Under the pieces are notes generated by a model. It was given only the letters and a program-made list of their open reading frames with translations, had not been told where the DNA came from and did no database searches. 64,000 bases of DNA from positions 7,104,001-7,168,000 of the forward strand of contig OY970303.1 of assembly GCA_963716255.1 (NCBI GenBank), given 5' to 3'. A program made the translations under genes and the position numbers. Shown piece by piece: positions 1 through 9,000 of the stretch (within the stretch, counting starts at the first letter, position 1; every line of letters starts with the position of its first letter). Source of the DNA: an uncultured Gemmatimonadales bacterium (GTDB lineage: Bacteria; Gemmatimonadota; Gemmatimonadetes; Longimicrobiales; Longimicrobiaceae).

Positions 1-1
1 C

Positions 2-3000
2 GCGGCCGCCGGGGGCGGGGCGCCGCTCACGCCCACCGAGCAGGCGGTGGCGGGCATCTGGGAGGAGGTGCTGGGCGTGCCGGGCGCCGGCGCCGCCGAC
101 AACTTCTTCGACCTGGGCGGACACTCCCTGCTCCTCGTCCAGGTCCACGCGCGCCTCCAGGAGCGCTTCCCCGGCCGGATCGCGCTCACCGACCTGTTCA
201 CCCATCCCACGCTGGGCTCGCTCGCCGCCCAGCTGGCTCCCCCCACGGCGCCCGAAGCGCCGCGCGCCCGGCCCGCGTTCGCGCGTCCCGCGCCGCGCCG
301 CCCGCGCACGCCCCTCGCCGACGCCGGCTCCGCCCGGCGCGAAGCGGAAACCCCCGTACCCGAGACACCGATGCACGACTCGACCGAACCCGCCGGCAGG
401 CCCGCGGTGGCCATCATCGGGATGGCGGGGCGCTTCCCCGGCGCATCCGACATCGAGGGGTTCTGGCACAACCTGCGGACCGGCACCCGCGCGATCCGCC
501 GCTTCACCGAGCGCGAGATGGCCGCCGCCGGAGTGTCGCCGCGCGAGTTCCGCGCGCCCGGCTACGTCCCCGTCTCCGGGGTGGTGGAGGGCCCGGAACT
601 GTTCGACGCCGCCTTCTTCGGCTTCACCCCGGGCGAGGCGCTGGTGATGAACCCGCAGCAGCGGGTGTTCCTGGAGTGCGCCTGGGAGGCGCTGGAGCGG
701 GCGGGTTGCGCGTCCCGGACGTACCCGGGCCGCATCGGCATGTACGCCTCGGAGGCGAACAGCGCCTACATCCTCAACGTGCTTTCCGACCGGTCCCTGG
801 TGCAGGCGGTGGGCGAGTTCCAGATCGTCGCTTCCAACTACGCCTCGGTGGCCACGCTGGCGTCCTTCAAGTTCGGGCTGGAGGGCCCCAGCCTCAACGT
901 CCACTCCGCCTGCTCCTCGTCGCTGGTGGCCGTCCACCTGGCGTGCCAGAGCCTGCTGCTGGGGGAAACGGACGTGGCGCTGGCCGGGGGGGTGAAGATC
1001 GGCGTCCCCCACCAGCGCGGCTACCAGTACGCGCCGGGGGGCATCATGTCGCCCACGGGCGAATGCAGCCCCTTCGACGCGGGGACGCGCGGCTCGGTCC
1101 CGGGGAGCGGGGCGGGCGTGGTGGTGCTCAAGCGCCTGGACGACGCGCTGGCGGACGGAGACCTGATCCACGCGGTGATCCGCGGCTCGGCGATCAACAA
1201 CGACGGCGACCGCAAGGTGGGCTTCACCGCGCCGCGCTGGGAGGGGCAGGCGGCCGCCATCTCGGACGCCCTCGCGTCGGCGGGCATCGAGCCGGAGGAG
1301 GTGTCCTTCGTGGAGACGCACGGCTCCGGGACCGAGGTGGGCGACCCCATCGAGGTGGCGGCGCTGGCGGCGGTCTACGGCGAAGGGCGCCCCGGCAGCT
1401 GCGCCCTGGGCGCGGTCAAGGCAGACATCGGACACCTGGACGTCGCGGCCGGGGTGGTGGGGCTCATCAAGGCGGCGCTCGCCCTGGAGCACGGCGAGAT
1501 CCCGCCCTCCCCCTACTTCCGCGCCCCCAACCCCGCGATCGACCTGGACCGCTCGCCCTTCTACATCAACCCGGAGCCGCGGCCCTGGGCGCGCGGCGCC
1601 GAGCCGCGCCGCGCGGGGGTCAGCTCCTTCGGCATCGGCGGCACCAACGCGCACGTGGTGCTGGAGGAGGCGCCGCAGGCCAGGCCGTCGGGCACGTCGC
1701 GGCCGTGGCAGCTCCTGGTCGTGAGCGCGCGCACGCCCGGCGCCCTTGAGGCGGCGACGGACCGGCTCGCCGGGCACCTGCGCGCCCACCCGGAGCAGAA
1801 GTTCGCCGACGTGGCGCAGACGCTGCGCGCGGGGCGGCGGCGCTTCGCCCACCGCCGGGTGCTGGTGTGCCGCGGCAGGGACGACGCCGCAGCGGCGCTG
1901 GAGGCGCGCGACGCGCGCCGGGTGCTGGAGGCGGTGGAGGAGCGGGACGAGCGCCGGGTGGTGTTCCTGTTCCCCGGCGTGGGCGACCACTACGAGCAGA
2001 TGGCGCGCGGGCTGTACGAGGCCGAGCCGGTGTTCCGGCGCGAGGTGGACCGCTGCGCGGCGATCCTGCACGGGCAGACGGGGGCCGACGTGCTCGAAGC
2101 TCTCTTCCCCGGCGATCCCGCCCCGGAGCAGACGCCCGGGGGCGCGGCGCCTGACGCCGGCGCGTCCGTGGACCTGCGCGGCATGCTGGGCCGGGCCGCG
2201 GCGGGCGGCCCCCTGGGGCGGACGGACGCGGCGCACCCGGCCGTGTTCGTGGTGGAGTACGCGCTGGCGCGGCTGTGGATGAGCTGGGGCGTGCGCCCGG
2301 AGGCGATGATCGGCCATTCGCTGGGCGAGTACATGGCCGCCACGGTGGCGGGCGTCTTCACGCTGGAGGACGCCCTGGCGCTGCTCGCCCACCGCGCCCG
2401 CCTGATCTCCGGCCTTGCCGCGGGGGCGATGCTGGCGGTGCCCATGGAGCCGGCGGAGCTCCTGCCGCGGCTGCGCGGCGGGCTGGCGCTGGCCGCGCAC
2501 AACGCGCCGGGGCTGTGCACCGTCTCCGGCCCCGCCGGGGCCGTGGAAGCGCTGGAGGCGGAGCTCGCCGCGGCCGGCCACGCGTGCCGCCGCCTGAACG
2601 CGGAGCACGCCTTCCACTCCGCGGAGATGGAGCCCGTGGCCGCGCCGCTGGCCGAGCGCCTGCGCGCCATGCGGCTCGCGGCGCCGGAAACCCCGTTCGT
2701 TTCCAACGTGACGGGGACGTGGATCCGCGCGGAGGAAGCCACCGACCCGGAGTACTGGGCGCGGCACCTCACCCGCACCGTGCGCTTCGCCGAGGGCGTG
2801 GCCGAGCTGCTGCGCGACGGCACCCGGGTGCTGCTGGAGGTGGGGCCGGGGCGCACGCTGGGGACCTTCGCGCTGCACGGAGGCGCGGCGGAGTCGGCCG
2901 TGTTCGCCTCGCTGCGGCACGCGTACACCCGCCAGTCCGACCAGGCGTACCTGCTGGAAACGCTGGGGCGGCTGTGGATGGCGGGGGTGCAGGTGGACTG

Positions 3001-6000
3001 GGACGGCTTCGCGGCCGGGGAGCGGCGCCGGCGGGTGCTCCTCCCCACCTACCCCTTCGAGCGGCAGCCGTACTGGGTGAAGCGCCGGCGCCGCCGCGGC
3101 CGGAACCGCCCCGCCGGGATCGCGGCCGGTCCCGCTCGGGCCGGCGAGGGCGCCGCGTCCGCCCCGCGTGAGCTCGCGGAGCCCGCGCCTCCGCGGCCCG
3201 CCGCGGCCGGGGAGCCGCGGCGCCTGCAGCCGCGGCCGGAGACCGGGACCCGGTTCGTCGCCCCCGAGGGCCCCACGCAGCAGCGCATGGCGGAGCTGTG
3301 GCAGGAGATGATGGGCTTCGGGCCCATCGGCGCGCACGACGACTTCTTCTCGCTCGGCGGGCACTCGCTGATGGCCACGCAGCTGATCGCGCGCGTGCGG
3401 GCCGAGTTCGGGGTCGACGTGTCGCTGGACGCGGTGTTCGACGACCCCACCGTGGCGGGGATGGCGGGCAAGGTGGCCGCCCTCCGGGGCGGTGCGGAGG
3501 TGGAGCTCCCTCCCGCGATCCCCCGCGTCCCCCGGGACGGGCCGCTCCCCCTGTCCTTCCACCAGGAGCGCCTGTGGGCGCTGGACCGGATGGAGCCGGA
3601 CAGCCCCATGTACAACGTGCCGGTGGGGAGCTGGGCGCGGGGGCCGCTGGACGTGGACGCCGCGCGGCGGGCGCTCGCGGAGATCGTCCGCAGGCACGAG
3701 GTCTACCGGACCGTGTACGTGGAGACCGACGCCGGCCCCGCGCAGGTCGTCCGCCCGCGGATCGAAGTCCCCCTCCCGGTGGACGACCTCGCCGCGGTCC
3801 CGGAAGCGGAGCGCATGGCCACCGTCAGCCGCCTGCTCACCGAGGAGTCGCGGCGGCCGCTCGACCTGGACACCGGCCCCCTCATGCGGGCGCGGCTCCT
3901 GCGCTTCGACGACGAGCTGCACGCCCTGCTGCTGACCACGCACCACATCATCATGGACGGGTGGTCCGGGGGGATCTTCTTCTACGAGTGGGGAGTGCTG
4001 TACGAGTCGTTCGTGGCCGGCAGGCCCTCGCCGCTCCCGGAGCTTCCCCTCCAGTACGCGGACTACGCCGTGTGGCAGCGGGAGCAGCTCTCGGGCGAGC
4101 GCCTGGAGCGGCACCTGGCCTTCTGGCGGGAAAGCCTGAGCGGGGTGCCGCCGGTCCTGGAGCTCCCCACGGACCGTCCGCACCCCCCGGTGCAGAGCTA
4201 CCGCGGCGGGCTGCGCGGCATCGCGCTGGACGACGAGCGGATGGCGCGCATCCGCGCCCTGGCGCAGCATCGGCGCACCACCCTGCACGTGGTCATGGCG
4301 GCCGCCTTCCAGGCGCTCTGCTTCCGCTACACCGGGCAGGAGGACTTCGCCGTGGGGTCGCTGGCGGCCAACCGCCGGGCGGAGACGCAGGGGATCATCG
4401 GCTTCTTCATCAACACCATCCCCGTCCGCGCGCGTCCTTCCGCCCGCCTGCGCTTCGACGAGCTGCTGGAGCAGGCCCGGAGCTGGATGGCGGCGTCGTA
4501 CGGGCACGCGGAGGTGCCGCTGCAGATGATCCTGGACGAGATCCGGCCGGAGCGCGATCCCAGCCGCAACCCGCTGATCCAGGTGATGCTGGGGATCCAG
4601 GCCCCCGGCGACCACGGCCCCCCGCCGCAGGACCACTCGGGGCTCACGCTGCACCGGCTGGGCGACGGCGTGGTGCCCACGGGCGACAGCGGCACCTCCA
4701 AGTTCGACCTGTCGATCCTCGTGGACGAGGGCGAGTCTCCCACCGCCGTGGCGGAGTACAACAGCGACCTCTTCGACCCGGCCACCGTGGACCGCTTCCT
4801 GGAGCACTTCCGCATGCTCCTGGACGCCGTCACCGCCGCCCCGGAAACGCGGCTCGCGGAGATCCCCCTGCTGCTGGAGGGGGAGCGCCGGCAGCTCCTG
4901 GAGGACTGGTCGACTTCCGCGGCGCTCCCCCCGGAGCGGCGCAGCCTGCACGCCGCCTTCGCGGCGCAGGCCGCGCGCACCCCGGGCGCCGCGGCGGTGG
5001 TGCTCGGACGGGAGCGCGTCACGTATGCCGACCTGGAGGCGCGGGCGGGCCGGGTGGCCGCCGCGCTCCGCGCCGCGGGCGTGGGGCCGGAGTCGCGGGT
5101 GGGCGTGCTCCTGGAGCGCACGCCGGAGCTGGTGGCGGTCCTCCTGGGCGTGCTGGAGGCGGGCGCGGCGTACGTGCCGCTGGACCCGGCGTACCCGCAG
5201 GGGCGCCTGGCGCTGATGCTGGAGGACTCGGGGGCCGTGGCCGTGGTCACGCAGGAATCGCTGGCCGGCCGGCTCCCGCCCACGGCGGCGGCGGTCCTCC
5301 GGGTGGACCGCGAAGCGGGCGGCGCGGCGGCCGCGCCGGAGCCGGCCGGGGAAGCCTTCGCCGCTCCGGAAAGCCTGGCGTACGTCATCTACACGTCCGG
5401 CACCACGGGACGCCCCAAGGGGGTCGCGGTCACGCACGGGAGCGTGCTGTCGCTGGTGCGCTGGGCGGAGGAGGAGTTCACGCCGCGCGAGCTGTCCGGG
5501 GTGCTCGCGTCCACCTCGGTGTGCTTCGACCTGTCCGTGTTCGAGATCTTCGTCCCCCTGTGCCTGGGCGGGACGATCGTGCTCGCCGGGAGCGCGCTGG
5601 AGCTGGCGGACACGGACGTGGACGAGGTCACGCTGGTCAACACCGTCCCCACCGCCATGGCGGAGCTGGTGCGGGCGGGCGAGCTCCCTCCCGGAGTGCG
5701 CGCGGTGAACCTGGCCGGGGAGCCCCTGCCGCCGCGGCTGGCGGCGGAGGTCCACGCGCGGGGCGGCGTGCGGCTGCGCAACCTGTACGGCCCCACCGAG
5801 GACACCGTGTACTCCACCTGCGCCCGGATTCCCGCGGGCGCGGCGGCGGTCCCCATCGGCCGGCCCGTGTCGGGGACGCGGGCGTACGTGCTGGACGGGG
5901 AGCTGAACCCGGCTCCGTCCGGGGTCCCGGGCGGGCTGTACCTGGCCGGCGAGGGGCTGGCGCGCGGCTACCTGGGGCGTCCCGAGCTGTCCGCCGAGCG

Positions 6001-9000
6001 CTTCGTCCCCTGCCCGTTCGGGGAGGTGGGCGGGCGCATGTACGCCACCGGCGACCGGGTGCGCTGGCTCGCCTCCGGCGAGCTGGACTTCCTGGGCCGG
6101 GTGGACCACCAGGTCAAGCTGCGCGGCTTCCGCATCGAGCCCGGCGAGGTGGAGAGCGTGCTGCTGCGCGACCCGCGGGTGCGGGAGTGCGTGGTCGTGG
6201 TGCGCGAGGACGCCGCCGGCGAGCGGCGGCTCGTGGCCTACCTGGCCGGCGCCGGTCTCCCCGACCCGGAGGCGCTGCGGACGCGGCTTCGCGAGTCGCT
6301 GCCGGAGTACATGGTCCCCTCCGCCTTCGTGGCGCTGGAGAGCGTTCCGCTCACCCCCAACGGCAAGGTCGACCGCGCCGCCCTCCCGGTCCCCGAGGCG
6401 GCGCGCGCCGACGGGCGGGAGCGCGCCGCCCCGCGGACTCCCGCCGAGCAGGTGCTCGCGCGGGTCTGGAGCGAGGTGCTGGGGGTGGAGCGGGTGGGGA
6501 TCCACGACCGCTTCTTCGAGCTGGGGGGCGATTCCATCCTCGCCATCCGGGTCGCCACCGGCGCGCGCAGGGCGGGGCTGAAGCTGCTGCCGCGGCAGCT
6601 GTTCGAGCACGCCACGATCGCCGAGCTGGCGCGCGTCGTGGGGACCGGCGCCGCCGTGACCGCCGCGGTGTCCTCCGGGGCGGCGCCGGTCACCGGCCCT
6701 GCGCCGCTGACGCCGATCCAGCGCGCCTTCTTCGCGCGGGACGACGTGGCGCCGCACCACTTCAACCAGGCGCTGCTGCTGGTCCCGTCGCGAGCACTTG
6801 ACCCGCGGCTCCTGGACCGTGCGCTCGCGGCGCTCGTGGCGCACCACGACGCACTGCGCCTGCGCTTCCTGCGCGGCGGAGGCGGCTGGACGCAGCTGCA
6901 CGCGCCCGCCGGACAGCGCGTGCCGCTGGCGGTGATCGACCTGTCGCGCCTGGACGAGGCGGCGCGCGGCGGTGCCCTCGCCGCCGCGGCGGACCGGGTG
7001 CACGCCAGCCTGGAGCTGGAGCGCGGGCCCGTGGCCCGGGCGGTCCACTTCCACCTGGGCGACGGCGGGCCGGGCCGGCTGCTGCTGGTGCTCCACCACC
7101 TGGTGGTGGACGGGGTCAGCTGGCGCATCTTCCTTGAGGACCTGGAGAGCGCCTACGTGCAGCTGGAGCGCGGCGAGCCCGTGCGCCTGCCGGCGAAGAC
7201 GACCTCGTGGAAGGCGTGGTCCGAGCGCCTGACCGAGCAGGCGTACGCGCCGGGCACCGCCGCCGAGCTCCCGTACTGGAGCGCGCAGTCGCGCGCGGCC
7301 GTTGCGCCGCTGCCTCTGGACGACCCCGCGGGGGAGGACATTGTGGGGCGGGCCAGGGGCGCGACCGTGCAGCTCGACGTGGAGGAGACCGAAGCGCTGC
7401 TGCGGGACGTGCCCGCGGCGTACCGCACGCACATCGACGAGGTGCTGCTGTGCGCGCTGGCGCTCGCGCTGGGCCGCTGGACCGGGGAGCGGCGGGTGCG
7501 GGTGGACCTGGAAGGCCACGGCCGGGAGGAAGGCGGCTTCGAGGGCGTGGACCTTTCGCGGACGGTGGGCTGGTTCACCACGCTGTACCCGGCCGTGCTG
7601 GAGCTGCCGGAGGACGGCGGCCCGGGCGAGGCGCTGAAGGCGGTCAAGGAGCAGCTGCGCGCGGTGCCGGGGCGGGGGCTGGGCTACGGGCTGCTGCGCT
7701 GGGTGGGAGCGGGCGCGGAGCTGGCGGCGGCGCCCCAGGCGGAGGTGGTGTTCAACTACCTGGGGCAGATGGACCCGTCGGTCTCGGCGGACACCTTCTT
7801 CCGCTTCGCGCCAGAATCGTCCGGGGGGAACCAGGACGCGCGGCGCGCCCGGAGCCATCGCCTGGAGGTGAACGGGGTGGTCGTCGGCGGGCGGCTGTCG
7901 CTGGCGCTGTGGTACGGCGGGGCGGTGTTCCAGCGGGAGACGATGGAGCGGCTGGCCGGGTGGTACGCGGAGGAGCTGCGGGCGCTGATCGCGCACTGCC
8001 GCGAGGCGCGCGGGGGCGGCTACACGCCGGGCGACTTCCCGCTGGCGGGGCTGGACCAGGCGGCGCTGGACGGGCTGCTGGAGGGCGAGCGCGAGGTGGA
8101 GGACGTGTACCCGCTGAGCCCCATGCAGGAGGGGATGCTGTTCCACTCGCAGCTGGCGCCCGGCTCGGGGGTGTACGTGGGGCAGTTCGGGCTGGTGCTG
8201 GAGGGGCCGCTGGACGTGGCGGCGCTGCGTGCGGCGTGGGAGGGCGCGGTGGCGCGGCACGACGCGCTGCGGGCGGGCTTCGCGTGGGAGGGGCTGGCCC
8301 GGCCGGTGCAGGTGGTGCGGCGCGCGGTGGAGCTTCCCTTCCGCGTGGAGGACTGGCGCGGGGTGGGAGAGGGCGAGCTGGAAGCGCGGATGGCGGGCTG
8401 GCTGGAGGCGGACCGTGCATCGGGGTTCGACCTGGGGCGGGCGCCGCTGATGCGGCTGACGCTGTTCCGGGTGGGGGATGCGGAGCACCGTCTGATCTGG
8501 ACGCAGCACCACCTGATCATGGACGGGTGGAGCCTGTCGCTGGTGTTCGGGGACGTGCTGGCGGGGTACGCGGCGCGCGTGCGCGGCGAGGCGCCGCGGA
8601 GCATGCCCGGGCTGCGCTTCCGCGAGTACGTCGCGTGGCTGGAGGGTCAGGACCGGTCGCGGGCGGAGCGGTTCTGGCGGGCGGCGCTGGCGGGGTTCGA
8701 CACGCCCACGCCGCTGCCGGCGTCGCGGACGGCGCGGGGGGACGGGCAGCGGCACGGCACGGCGGCACTGCTGCTTCCGGCGGAGCGGACGGCCGCGCTC
8801 CTGGAGGGGGCGCGGCGGCTGGGAGTGACGCCGAGCACGCTGGTGCAGGGGGCGTGGGCTCTCCTCCTCGCGCGCTACACGGGGGAGGACGACGTGCTTT
8901 TCGGGGCGACGGTGTCGGGGCGGCCGGCGGAGCTCGCGGGGGCGGAGGAGACGGTGGGTCTGTTCATCAACACGCTGCCGGTGCGGGTGCGCCTGGATGC

